The position numbers were made by a program, and so were the translations under genes. The notes beneath the pieces are model-generated. The model made no database searches, was not told where the DNA came from, and worked only from the letters and a program-made list of their open reading frames with translations. Shown here one piece after another: positions 1 through 12,320 of a stretch of DNA of 49,473 nt; positions within the stretch are counted from its first letter, which is position 1; each line of letters starts with the position of its first letter. Origin of the DNA: Nemertoderma westbladi (lineage: Eukaryota; Animalia; Xenacoelomorpha); NCBI GenBank assembly GCA_032718475.1, contig JAUCBJ010007733.1:1-49473 (forward strand), written 5' to 3'.

Positions 1-164
1 TACTGTAAATATAACTGTAAATGTAATACGACGATATAATTAGATTTAATATTTACATTTTTATTTGGTGACTTTGTGTATTCGCCTATTGTGCTTTATA
101 TTATTCTGTATGTATTGGTATTGGTAGATTTTTAGATTTCGGTTCCCGAAAATCTAGAGGGGGC

Positions 165-531
165 TGTGGAAATAGCTCGCCCTCTAGCGGCTAGATTCCC
201 TCTTCCCTATATATAAGAATTTCTATACCATTATACATCAGTCAGGAGTCAGTAGTACGGTAGGACAGTCAGCAGTGTACCGTAACTCACTGCTGTGCCC
301 AATATTTTTCGTACCACATATCATTAACTGTCATATACTTCACACGTTTCAGTGTTTAGATATTATTATACATACTTCTGTTTTGTATTTTACTCTTTAT
401 CTGTTATTCTCTATAACATGCCGAGCGTGTGCAGACAGGCAGAGGTGCGTCAGCGATCAATATTACCATAACTCAGTCAATCACACGTTAACACCGTACT
501 TCCGGACTGGATAGCGCGTGTGATCGTCACA
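165..531 (+). mobile_element. 3' LTR of an LTR retrotransposon (probably BEL/Pao) whose body lies left of the window; inserted into the integrase of the adjacent BEL element
   Basis: Purine tract AGAGGGGGC (156-164) directly precedes TGTG (165). The segment ends in CACA (531) exactly where the neighbouring integrase (..GTNFIG) breaks off. TATA-like box at 208-216 and TCAGTC at 238-243. The end TGATCGTCACA resembles the sense end TGATCCCGTCACA of the 21423-29396 LTRs. The partner LTR is not visible. Confidence 0.7.
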
Positions 532-3500
532 GCCAATGAAGTTCGTTCCTTTGTCGGATCTCATCGATCGAAATATGCTGGTTCCAAAACAAGCGATCTG
601 TCGGCGTAAACTCAGTATGAAACTGTTGGTAGATAGATCGTTCACCATATCTAGATGGATCGCTCTACAAGTCATACACACAAAGATGACACACCATCGC
701 TTGACTATAATCCTAGCACGATATACTTCAATAGGGCCAAATAAATCCGCATCAGTATTAGTAAAGGGTGGTTCATAGAAGCTTACTCGTTCCCTAGGTA
801 ATTCTGCCTCTCGCTGTGTTAAAGGCCTACTGAATGCTTTCCTACAGGGATACAGTTCCTAAGAACTTGGTTCAGAGCTCTACGGGGCTTATGGAAATAA
901 TAGCGAGTTCGAATTTCGCTAAGAACTCGTTCTCTACCAGCATGGTAAAGCCTACTGTGAACATCTACAATTATCTTGATTTGTATTTCAAGATTTCTAA
1001 TGAGTATGAGAAACTTAGTGTCAAAGGACAATGGAGCATTAGTTAATCTTCCTCCGACACGTATTAACCCATCTATCATTGTGCTAGAGAAATTATCCCT
1101 TAAGCGCATCTGTGGGTTTCTCAACAACAGGAAATACTTATTGGAATCTTCATAGCATTGCAGGAGTCTCATTATCTGCTTATTGGTTTCTTCATGCTCT
1201 TGGTAACTGATCTTCTCAGTCAGAAACCTATCCGACACTTTATAAGCGGGAAGGTCTTTAATAGCATGGACCTTTTCGGATATTGTTGGAGCGGTATCAT
1301 TAGCGATCTTCATCCTGGAATAGTGATGATGGAAGCATCTTTTCAGATACACGACGGCCTTACAAAGCCGATTCCAGGAGCTATAATGATTTATTGCTCT
1401 CTGCAGGAGAGGGGAGAGTCCTTGCGAGACGTCTGGTGTTCCAGATTTCCAGTCTCTTTCTCTGATTTCTACAACAGATTTGTTTGTGGTGGGGGAGTTT
1501 AGATCTATAGCATCGTCCCTGGAGATGTGTAATACAGACAGATCTATCACGGGTTTAAATAACTTTGATTTACTCGTCCGGGTTTTAGGTTTGACTTTCG
1601 CCGCTCCCTTGGCTTGTCTAATCTCAGCCGTGGTGAGATGAGAAGGCCATTCATCCTCTTCTTTACTTAGGAAGTCGGGTCCACCTAACCAGTCTGGAGT
1701 ATCTATCAGTTCTTGAGGAGTTGCTCCTCTGGAGGCGATGTCGGCTGGATTAATCGTCCCAGGGCAATGTTTCCATTGATCTACATTAGAGCGACTGAGT
1801 ATAATGGCTACTCTGTTGGTAACGAAGACGCTGAACTGACAGACTTCATTTGTTATATACTCCAGAATGAGTAAAGCATCAGTCCAATAGACAGTTTTCT
1901 CCAGTGGATAGTCGATCTGTTCTGTTACATTCCGGCCGATGGCTGTAGCGTATAGAGCCGCCTTTAACTCCGCTCGAGGAACTCGTAATTTGTTGTTTAT
2001 CAAGGCCTTAGAAGTGACCAAGGCAACTTTAATTCCATCTGGAGTTTCAACTCTCAGGTAGGCTACTATACCTATTCCCATATCGCTGGTGTCTCCAAAC
2101 ACATGGAGTTGATAGGAATATGTGGGGAGAACGTGACCAAAATATGAACGGGAAATCGTAAAGTTCTCGATGGATGGTAGAGAATCTTCCCATTTCATCC
2201 ACTTCTTTAGTAGTTCTCCCTTAAGTGGATCATCCCACGAGTGGTTTTCAAGCCACATTTGTTGCACTAAGCTCCGAGCAACCAATATAACTGGGCTAAT
2301 AAATCCCAATGGATCGAAATAAGTGCTCAGGATACTTAGACAAATCCGTTTAGTTCTAACTGGATTATCTCGCTGTTTTAACTGGAAAAACAAGATATCT
2401 CTCTCCGTGTCCCATTTTAAACCAAGCGTCTTGGTTTCCGCAAGATCGTCCTTGATGAGGTCCAGATCTTTAACACCTCGGTCTTCTACCGGATCGATTC
2501 CAGAAACTCACGGGAGTTACTAGTGAATTTGGTTAGTCAAAATCCACCGCGTTGCAAGCACTCTAACGTTCCCTTGGCAACATCAATGGCTTCTTCCACC
2601 GATGGGAGGGACTTTAAATTGTCGTCCATGTATATATCCCGTTTGATGTTGTCAATAACCGCTTTAGAGAAGGCGTCTCGGTTGTCGTCGGCTGTTGTAC
2701 GCACTACCGAACAAGCGTTCGAGGGGCTCGAGATGATCCCGAAAGCCTGGATGGTCATCCAGTACTCCACCGGTTTTCGGTTGAGGTCTCCTTCAGGCCA
2801 CCACAGAAATCGTAGGCTGTCTCGATCCCTATCCAGCGCCTTGACTTGTAAGAACATGCCTTCTATGTCCAAAGCGAATGCGATAGAATATTGCCGCAGT
2901 CTTAATAATATTCCCAACAAGGATTGGAGTAAGTTGGGTCCCGGCAACAGTTCTGAGTTCAGGGATTGACCCATGTAAAGGGCGGAGCCGTCAAACACTA
3001 CCCGGACTTCGTTGGGTTTACCGGGCTTGGGAACGTAATGATGTGTTAAATAATACGTTCTCTCCGTTATGGGTGTTTTTTCCAGAACTCACTCCGCGTA
3101 TCCTTTATCGATAAATTTCTTCGGCTGAGTTTTATACATTTCCCTGGCTTGAACGTTGGTCGTAAGACGCTGATGTAGTTGCGCGATTCTCTTTTCCGCT
3201 AAAGGTGGGTTTGTTTATAAAGTTAGGTTCTCGCCGTTGGAACGGAAGACCAATCTCATAGCGACCTTCGTCCTTCAGATAACGGGTTGTCGTTTCCTGA
3301 ATCTGCTTGGCTCTCTCTTCCTCGACAGACAAGGCTTTGTCGTAGGAATTAGGCTCTACGGCTTCTTGAGTAAAGAATCAGACGGCGTGTTCATCACGAA
3401 TTTTGTTATTGTATCGATCTATCACTTCGTATAATTCGTCATTATATGTGAATTGTCTGCCATGTTGATCGATAAGATGGCACAAGTTCACTTGGTTTAT

Positions 3501-4014
3501 CCAAGTTTGATTTTCCATGAGGAGGTCAATTGTATTTTCCTCGTCATATAATTGGTTAATATCGTCATTGTCTGAGGAGTATGGTGTTCCCTCAGTTGTG
3601 GTTTCTCCCTCACTGATTTCTTCTTCCCATTCACTCACACACCTGATATATTCTCTCATTAGGGAGTCTTTCCATTAGAGTTCTACGGGAAGGTCCAGTG
3701 AAGTACTAACCTACTCTCGTTCTTCCCACGTACGTTTGTAATGGTTGCGGTCGAGCAGGCCGTTTTTCCAATGTCTCAAGTGCTTCGTGCGCATTTTGGC
3801 CGATTAATATCTGCACCCCTGGATAGTCAGTATTGAATCTAGGTATATTATGTTGCTGGGTAAAATGGTCTTCATCCCAGTTGTAAGGTTCCACTTGGCT
3901 AGTAGCAAAGTTCTTTATCGCCACCATTTTTACCGACCTTACGCTATGTTCTCCTAGTTCATCTTGGGGAGTGGACAACACACCCACGTAGTAATCTGTA
4001 GCTACTGTGGATTT
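532..4014 (-). pseudogene. BEL/Pao pol (RT, RNase H, integrase start), fragmented
   Basis: ORF pieces 2537-2998 (RT, YMDD), 819-2393 (RNase H and integrase Zn finger) and 532-681 (integrase core start), separated by frameshifts and stops. Confidence 0.9.
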
Positions 4015-7000
4015 TCAAACCTGCATAATTCCGGAAAGGTTCAACTTAGTTCGGAACTTGGGTTGTCCAGCAAAGATGTCTTCAGCTAGTTCTTTGTCAA
4101 TGAATGTACCTGTGCTGTCGGAGTCAAGGAGGGCGTTTACTATCAAGCTCTTCCCTGGCCCATGGACTCTCAGTTGCACCACAGGAAATTCCCGGATTCC
4201 GACGGAGGAAGTTGGCGCTTTCCAAGATGGTTGTCGGTCCGGAATAGTCAGTCGAAGATCTTCATTGTCGGTTTCAGTCTCGTACGTAAGTGCTCGATAC
4301 ACAGCGGTGTTTATCATATAGCAGGATTTATTTTCGTCGGAGAATTCGTCCGTGTAGAATCCTTCCATCTCAGAACTGTGGTCAGAGTCGTTCACATCAC
4401 TGAATTGGACATGTAGTTCGGGCTCACTTACCTGACTCGTGCAGGTTCTGTCAAATTCTGTGTGCAGCAAGATATGATGTTTCGCACCACACTTAGCACA
4501 CCTAGCATCTGAGTAACAGGTCCGTCGTTGGTTTCCTCGTCTGAGACAATTATAACACAACCGCTTATCCCACATGATATCACGTCTATCCTTTAGGGAT
4601 TTCTTCAAGAATTCATCACACCCACTCAAGCGATGTGGCCCGTCGCACAATGCACATTTGGGTTTGATGTTACTTACTTTAACCTGTGTTGTGTTGTGCA
4701 CACTTGTTCTTTCCTCAGGCTTTCTTCCATGAATTCTCTTAGGAGACTTAGGAGGAGTTGTTGTTACCTGTTCCCTCCTGTCACTGGTTCGAGACTTAGA
4801 TTTACTTACGTCTTTCCGAGTTTTATTGACATAATAAGATCTTTCAGTGTCTTTCCCGCTGTTCTCCTCGTATGAGGTTTGGCTTTTGCCGTTGTCTGTA
4901 TAACACACTGGTGTTACCTTTCTCCTAGAAATAGGTTTTTCACTCACCTTACTTTCCGGTGTCTTCTCTCTGGACTGCTTTAGGAGCTGTAATCTTACCT
5001 CTCCATTTAAGAATGACATGAGATCAGCCATGGTAGGGTCTCTTTGTTGCTGGTCCATCATATAGAGAACCTTTTTGTCCCAACGAGTACCTACTCCACC
5101 CTTTGGCAAAGTAGATGCTATGGCTCCAACAACCATAGAACTCTGGTATTCCTGAGACTTACCTAACCAATCTAGCTGTCTACAGATCTCCTGAATCTCA
5201 TCGGAAAACTCTATAATCCCGCTGCTAAGAAACTTTCGGGGCGCTACTAATTTCGCATATAAATACCTAGCTATGCTAGTCCTATTATCATACCTGATGC
5301 TTAGTGTATCCCAAACTTGTCTTAATCCGTCTGGATGTCCAATAAACTTTAATGCCATTAACTTGGGAGGTCCTTCCAAGCACTCGATGAGGAATCGAAG
5401 TTTCTCTCCGTTGGATAGTACAGAGTTCTGTATGTTATCTTTATAATATTCATTAAAAGGTAACCATTTCATCTCATCTCCATTGAACTTGACGACCTCT
5501 CCCACCTTTACCGCTTGACGGGTTTCGGTTCTAGCCATTTGACGCGTAAAACTTTCTTGAGCCATCGTATTATTTAATATCGAGTTATCGGTATATAAAT
5601 TTCTTGGATTATGATCAGATAGGTATGGGATATCATTATCAACAGGTTTATAATTACCCTTAATAGGGTTTACTATAGGAGTTTCTACTTCACTAGCAGT
5701 ATAGATGCATGTAGGCTCCACACCTTGCGCATGAAATACTTCAGACCTAACAGGTTGACACATTGTTACAGGGGGTGGTGGTATACCCATTTGTATATTT
5801 ACTAATTTATCGCGCTCTAAAGCAATACTCTGTTGTACTTCTTGTAACTCTAACCTACTCTCTCTTACTGTTCCCTTTAACTGCTGAACAGTCCCTTCCA
5901 ACTCTCGGACCTGCTGGGAAGAACGTTGTTTATGTTCTTCCAGCTGCCCGAGCAGACGATTCATCCCCCGCCGTCCCTCGTCCACCCACTCAACCGCTGC
6001 TGCGGGAGCCACCAACGTGGTAGCCGGGTGACACATGGGAACGACGGGAGACAAGTAATTTATGTCTTGCTCGGCATCCAGGATCGGGAATGACTCCGGA
6101 GCTTGTCTACTGGGCACAGTCATCCCAGGCATGGAAATCGATCAACTTGCTTACTGGTCGGAAAAGACAACCAACCACCAAGGTTAAGGCTGAATCACCA
6201 GCCGATCGCCTCAATGGTTGGAAGGCCCACTTTGAAAAGCTCCTCAATAATGACAGGGTTTTGTACTGTGCAAAGGGAATTTAGAGTTAGGTTCTAGAAG
6301 TACAGGGGTCTCTATCACTGGAGTGACTTCAATGACAGGCCTAATTATTTCGGGCTCATCTACTATAGTAGGGAGTCTTTCTACTCTAATAATTTGGTCT
6401 GTAGGCTCAGGATTACTTAAGTCTACACTAGCTAGTTGCCTTCTCACCGCAGGAGGTAAATTAGGTAACTTCTGACGGTGTGGCGTTCTTCTACGTCCAC
6501 TTGAACGAGATTTATTAACTCTTCCTTCAGGATCTGTTGTATCGCCTTCATCAGAGGATGTAAATCCCTGTCTTCTGGGAGTAGATCGACTCAGCAACTG
6601 CATCTGAGTAGTTGTTCTCTGTTTATTTAAGTAATCTTGCTTCGCTTGAAGATTTTCCAACTCTAGTTGGGTTGTCTCTTCAGATGCTCGTCTTTCTGCT
6701 TCGGCCACTGCCGCTTTTCTTTCAGCCTCTGCCGCTGCCACTTTCCTTTCAGATTCTGCCGCTGCTGCTGCCGCTTTTCTTTCAGCCTCTGCCACTGCCG
6801 CTTTCCTTTCAGATTCTGCCGCGACCGCTGCCGCCTTTCTTTCAGCCTCTGCCGCTGCCGCTTTCCTTTCAGATTCTGCCGCGGCCGCTGACCTTCAGTC
6901 TTCTATTTGCTTTTTCTTTATCTGCTCTTCTTGGTCCATAGCGATGAGGATGCTTTCATCAAATTTAGCCTGCTCAGCGGCTAATATTTCCGCATCTAAT

Positions 7001-7040
7001 GAGTCCAACACAAATTTGGCTCCCTCGCTATTGGGATGAA
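4015..7040 (-). pseudogene. BEL/Pao gag-protease, interrupted by a LINE fragment and cut by a microsatellite
   Basis: ORFs 4015-6132 and 6244-6795 are in the same frame. Contains FNGDEMKW..K..FL (typical BEL Gag), three Cys/His knuckles and a 60-bp-period Ala/Glu/Arg coiled-coil repeat at ~6705-6890. Confidence 0.88.
6120..6259 (+). mobile_element. Short internal fragment of the RTE-like LINE family
   Basis: 6177-6259 is near-identical to the reverse complement of 35352-35434 (TKVKAESPADRLNGWKAHFEKLLNNDRV). The frame continues 5' as AWKSINLLTGRK. The left boundary is approximate. Confidence 0.85.
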
Positions 7041-7041
7041 G

Positions 7042-7352
7042 TCAGATCAGATCAGATCAGATCAGATCAGATCAGATCAGATCAGATCAGATCAGATCAG
7101 ATCAGATCAGATCAGATCAGATCAGATCAGATCAGATCAGATCAGATCAGATCAGATCAGATCAGATCAGATCAGATCAGATCAGATCAGATCAGATCAG
7201 ATCAGATCAGATCAGATCAGATCAGATCAGATCAGATCAGATCAGATCAGATCAGATCAGATCAGATCAGATCAGATCAGATCAGATCAGATCAGATCAG
7301 ATCAGATCTGATCAGATCAGATCAGATCAGATCAGATCAGATCAGATCAGAT
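7042..7352. repeat. (ATCAG)n pentanucleotide microsatellite, about 62 units
   Basis: Directly visible; one ATCTG variant at 7306-7310. Confidence 0.99.
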
Positions 7353-8699
7353 AGGTTATGTTGTGATAAGATTATGTAGCACTAAAATCGATTTGGTATT
7401 TTGGTTTTTTGATGGGCCTTAGTGCCTGAGTACTAACAGTGGCCCAAGTGGCCCTAAATGCTAGGTACTATCTGAGGGAATAAGACCCCATGTCCTATTT
7501 TATTGTTTTCATATTAAGATCAGATTAGGACAGACGTTTTATTCTACCTCATCACTGTCTCCGGGTTTTATTTTATACGTTTGTCTGAGTGAAGGCGAAT
7601 TTTGTGGGCACTGCAACATCTGTTGTGTGTTTCCAAAATCATTAAATCTCTCCAGTCTGCCAGTATTGGTAGACGGTAGGCTATCATAATAATTGTGTAG
7701 TCCCGCTTTCCAGCCCCGCAGTCCACAGTCAGTACTGCAGTAGGTCAGAGGGTACCGGTATTGGTATTTAGTCCTGCAGTGACTGAGTGAATACCGGCTC
7801 AGCCGGTTGGTGAATGCGTATTTTTGTGGTCAAAAATTAGGCTATTCTGTAGTCGTTTTTTGTTTTTGGCCATATGTCGGTCAACAGGCCGGAAACTGTA
7901 TTACTGTATTTCAGCAGTTGCACTATTAGACTCAGTCTGTTCTTACTGACACTTTACAGGACCTGACCATAGGTTTGGAAGGACACTGGTCACTGACCAG
8001 CCTGCGTTTCTCAAGTCTGCTGTTAGGGGGCGAAATGTCTGAAAGAGAACATCATCTCCCATTATTATTACTGATTTACAACCCGCTTAGATTTGTTACT
8101 TGGTAGGTATCTACACATGAGAGTAAAAACCCAAGCAATCATTTTCTGAACATCCAATGATATTGCCTGTTTTATAAATGCTTTAAGTTGTTATGGGCTG
8201 TTCTGTTTGATGGGTTATTATGTGAGTGCTTGCTAATCTTGGCCAGTATTAAATGACTAAATCAACAACCCGGACACTATCGTCCAATCTCCTCGCCTCA
8301 CTAGTCCCATAGGACTCATCCTCCACTCTGCCTGCCCCCCACGCTTGGATCTCGCACTCTTCTCTTTCCCCCCAAACTCTCACACCTCCTCCCCATGCTC
8401 CTCTGATACTCAACCCTATTTCATTCCCACTCTCTACACTTCTGTCGGGTCTCACGCATGTGTGCACCATGTAAGTGAGTCCCGTTATTGTCTCGTCCTC
8501 CTGTTCTAGTCAATTAGTCCCCGCAGTCCCATTAGCTAATTGGAAAAGGTTACATCTGACTATGGTGTGTACATTATATGATGGTTATATATTATCGCAC
8601 TATGATTGATTATCTTATAAATATTATTTACATTATTTATAATTAGGGCGAGGATGTATTACGTTAGTCTACAATTCCGGCGTTGCCTTACAGGCACCC

Positions 8700-9430
8700 T
8701 GATGCATTCTTGTCAATAAATGACGTCAGCAAATAACATCCACAGCATCGGTCTAGAGCTTCCATCCCATCCTTTCCAATCTATCGTAGTTCTTGTCTTT
8801 TATCCTCATCCTGGCTTGGACGCTCCCTGCCATCCCATTTGTTCTTAGTCGTGGATGTACTTGCCGCCACGGCTTGAGTGGGGTTGTTACCATCTCTCAA
8901 TAACGCTTCGCTTGCGGTCCCATCAAGTGTCCCTCCTACCCATAACCCCGGTTGAACCCCTCGGGACGTTTCTTATCTCTCAGGATATGAGCTCTCACAA
9001 TAAATCCTAAACTCCACCCTGTTGTTCAATGACCACGCATCCAGGTGTTGCTGGGTATTGGTGATCCCTCCATGCGGCGTGGTTGTTGTTACCTCCCGGC
9101 AGCCTGGCGGGCGAACGGCAATTTCGTCCTGGCCAACCAAGGTTTTCCTTTATATGGAACATTCCACCTCTTTATGGCATAGTCATGGAGGAGCCTGCCG
9201 ATCGTTTTTTCCACCTTTATCCAGTGTCCCATGGATCCCCACTAGCCTTTACTTCTGTCACTGCTTCTCCGCCATCCCAATCTCTCATCAAACTGATGGT
9301 GCCTTGGTAAGGCTCAGTATGACAAAGAGACGACCAATTCTACCTGAATCAGTGTTAAAATCTGGGAAAGCCCACCCCTTTCTCCTCTCTCTCCTTGTGT
9401 GTTCCCCTAATTTTCCCATTACCCCTTAAT
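8700..9430 (-). pseudogene. Possible highly decayed BEL pol segment (RNase H end to integrase Zn finger)
   Basis: Manual translation gives scattered motif-like pieces in the expected order (W..PDF, GLWVGG.L resembling GLIRVGGRL, CCGC). There is no continuous ORF. Confidence 0.3.
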
Positions 9431-9448
9431 CATGACTCTAGGCTATAT

Positions 9449-9615
9449 ATGGTCCCATTGACCCAGCATTAATATATGTATATGGTCCCATTGACCCGGC
9501 ATTGGTACTTATTATGTATGTTGACACATTGTGTCCATCAGACGTACGCAATGTGTACCCTTCTAATTCTACTACAATACATATTTGTACTATCATTGGT
9601 CCCATTGACCCGGCG
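9449..9615. repeat. Three copies of GGTCCCATTGACCC(A/G)GC
   Basis: Copies near 9451, 9484 and 9598. Confidence 0.85.
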
Positions 9616-9759
9616 TTAGTGCGTATGTAAATTATGTACATTAGTACAAGTGTACAAGTATACATTGGTATGTTCATACCATACGTTTACGGTTATTGTA
9701 CATTTGTACCCATCGGACATACGTAATTATGTCTTTATTTTATAATTTTTTATATTTTA

Positions 9760-12320
9760 TTTTTTTGTGGGAAGGGTGTATTGCCCTCATTCCCACCCCC
9801 CTCAGTCCAATTTATTCGACGACTCATCAACCTAAGGGCGATTCTTCCAGCAGGCAACTCTCCCACTGCCCCCTGTAGATCCTCTTATTCTTTGCCCCAT
9901 TCTCCTTGTCAATCCCAACTCCCTCGGGTCTGACCTTCCCTTCTCCTCCACCCTAAGATCCGATCAGGTATTTAAGGCACTCCGCCTGTTTGAAATTCTT
10001 TGTGTGAATCTCGTTGCTATACATCCTCCGGAACTGTAGATATTCTTCCGGCCTGCTACCATCAAACTTAAAAGGCTCCACGGGTGGTAGCTCCATTCTA
10101 GTTTTTAGCGCGTCGATTAGTGTGCCATTCCCATCCCCTGAATTTCCAGTACGCTCGATGGTACGGATGCAGGCTCCTTTGGTGTTGACTGTGCTTCGCC
10201 TCTTGGGTTTGTCGATTTTCCCTGTGTGGGATATATCATTGGGGGCAATGGTCCCCTCCATATCTCGGTGTCGCACGACTTGTTTGGATCTGAGGGGGTT
10301 GCAATCTTTATTTTATTTTGTTACATGTATTGCAGATACAGTGATAGGGGAATGTCACCCTGCCCCCCCCCCTCCCCCCCCCCCACCGGTGTTATATTCT
10401 GCACTGGGGTAGATGTCATTATATTGGGGCCCATACACCTATCTGCAATACCCCCCTCCCCCCTGGGTATATGGTATATCCCTGCATATTATAGTCATAC
10501 TGGTGTGCAGTTACCGGTATGGCCCTAGCAGATTCCTGCCTACTCACCGGTATGTAAGCCGCAACCTCTGGGTCCAATCCCGGCATTCGCGTTACCCTAT
10601 CACCTACACTATCTCTACCAGCATGGCCTATAGTATGTGCAGTAAGACCTACAGTATGTAGTATGTCTTCTCGAGAACTCCGATATTCCGAGAACTCCCC
10701 CCCGCAACTACCATATCGTTGATCGGTAGCTATGTTCCGACAGGGAGTTTCCCTTCAATCCCTTCTTCTCTCGTCCTCCTCATCCCGGTGTACTCTATAC
10801 CCCTCTCCCGGTGTGTAATATATATCGCCAGGCTGTGTTTCTCCGGGGCGACGGCAGTCTCACGAAGTACAACCCCACCAGCCCTCTCTCCCTACTTCAA
10901 ATATCGACGGTTCACTGTCTGTCCTATCTCGACATCTCTGGTTGCCCATAGCAACATTTGCTCGTTTATCCCTTCCCCCATCTTCGCATCCTCCACTTCC
11001 GGCATTATAACCACGTTCATGAGGTCTCGTATCGACCTCCCGGATCAACTCTACTGTTCTCCTTCCGTCTTCTGAGTGGGCTTGACATTCTCTTGTTTGG
11101 CTGCTTAAGGCACAAACACCCCTCTCCCTACCTGGTTGTACGGCCTCGCGGATATTCGTTGCCTGTCTACTCTCTCCCGCGTTTCCCGCCGACGTCTGTT
11201 GCCCCCCCTTTCCCCCTGTCGTTGGGAGCCCCAGTTCACTTAATTAACCGCGTGCATTTCCCGCCGACATCTGTGGGACATTTATTGCCCCCCCCCCCCA
11301 CCCCTCTCGTCACTAACTGGTTGCGGTGGGGTGCCCGTAGCCCCCCCCCCCCCCCCCACTTATCACTTCTCGTCTTACCCCTTTCCCCACGCTCCCTTCC
11401 AGTTGACACATCGCTTCTGTTCTCCCTGGGTTTATTCGCCTGCGTTTCTCCTTGCGTTCCCGCGTGGCCTTGTAGGCCTCCGCCAGGTGAATTATTTGCT
11501 TCACTAACGTTTATATTAATTATACCATTATTATTTTCGCCACTGTTATTTATTATATTATTATTTAAATTATTTTGTTCACCATTATTATTTAAATTAT
11601 TCATCACACCACTATCAACATTATTATGATTTAAATAACTTGAATTATTTACTGTACCAGTTATATTATATTATTATTATTTAAATTATTTACCGAAATG
11701 TTATTTCCTGTAAGAAAATTGACCTCGTTATTGTTAGCATTATCAACTACAGTATTGTTCATATTATTAAGTTCTCACTCACTAAACATATTGTCATTAT
11801 CCCCCCCCCCCCCCCCCCATCGGTCCGGTCACACCAGTTTTGTGTTTGTCGTCCGGTACCTGTAAGTGGAGTATTGACAAAAGTTTCCATCACCCTTGGT
11901 TCCTCATAAATACTTCCCGAACCAGCTTTGCTCTCTGATAGGCCCAGTTTCGCCAGTTTTAACTGGCGTCTCTGTTTTGCCTGATACTGCATTAACCCCT
12001 TCAACCGGGTATGCATGTCATCCCGCATTCTCTTAACAGCTATTTCCCTTTCCCTCTCCTCTCCAACACCCTGATCGGCTAACTCTGCCTCACTTGCCTC
12101 CCGCTCTTTGCGCTCATTCACCTTTCTTTCCTCCTGTTCTCTATGCCCACTCACTTCCCTTTCCTCCCATTCTCTGCGCTCACTCACTTCCCTCTCAACC
12201 CTTTCTGCCTCCCTCGCCTCTCACTCTCTATAGTCCCTCGCCTCTTTCTTGGCCCTCTCTTTTACACTCTCTCACTAACTCCCTCTCCCTCTCTAACAAC
12301 TCAGTTCCCTCGTCTACAGG
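9760..12320 (-). mobile_element. Diverged, internally deleted relative of the 21423-29396 BEL element
   Basis: 9953-10276 encodes LIDALKTRMELPPVEPFKFDGSRPEEYLQFRRMYSNEI, matching the 23947-26571 Gag. 11900-12000 matches 27360-27462, and 9775-9880 matches 23040-23165. It has the same Asn-rich and Glu/Arg-rich tracts. Confidence 0.85.

Larger units (their letters stand above)
532..7040 (-). mobile_element. Decayed BEL/Pao LTR retrotransposon (gag-pro-RT-RNaseH-integrase N-terminus), both ends missing
   Basis: BEL domain order and motifs: Gag Zn knuckles (CALCDGPHRLSGC, CYNCLRRGNQRRTC, CAKCGAKHHILLH), protease ALLDSDS, RT GPNLL..DIEGMF..YMDD, RNase H FDPLG/LHVFGD/NPADIASRG, integrase RAIHLD. 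Several stops and frameshifts. Confidence 0.93.

Noticed and set aside
6999-7379. (SDQIR)n proteins
   Set aside because: Stop-free readings of the ATCAG microsatellite.
7530-7565. Penelope-type hammerhead ribozyme on the minus strand (GTGATGAG..AAAACGTC)
   Set aside because: Both core motifs deviate (CTGA and GAAA are absent) and there is no convincing stem II.
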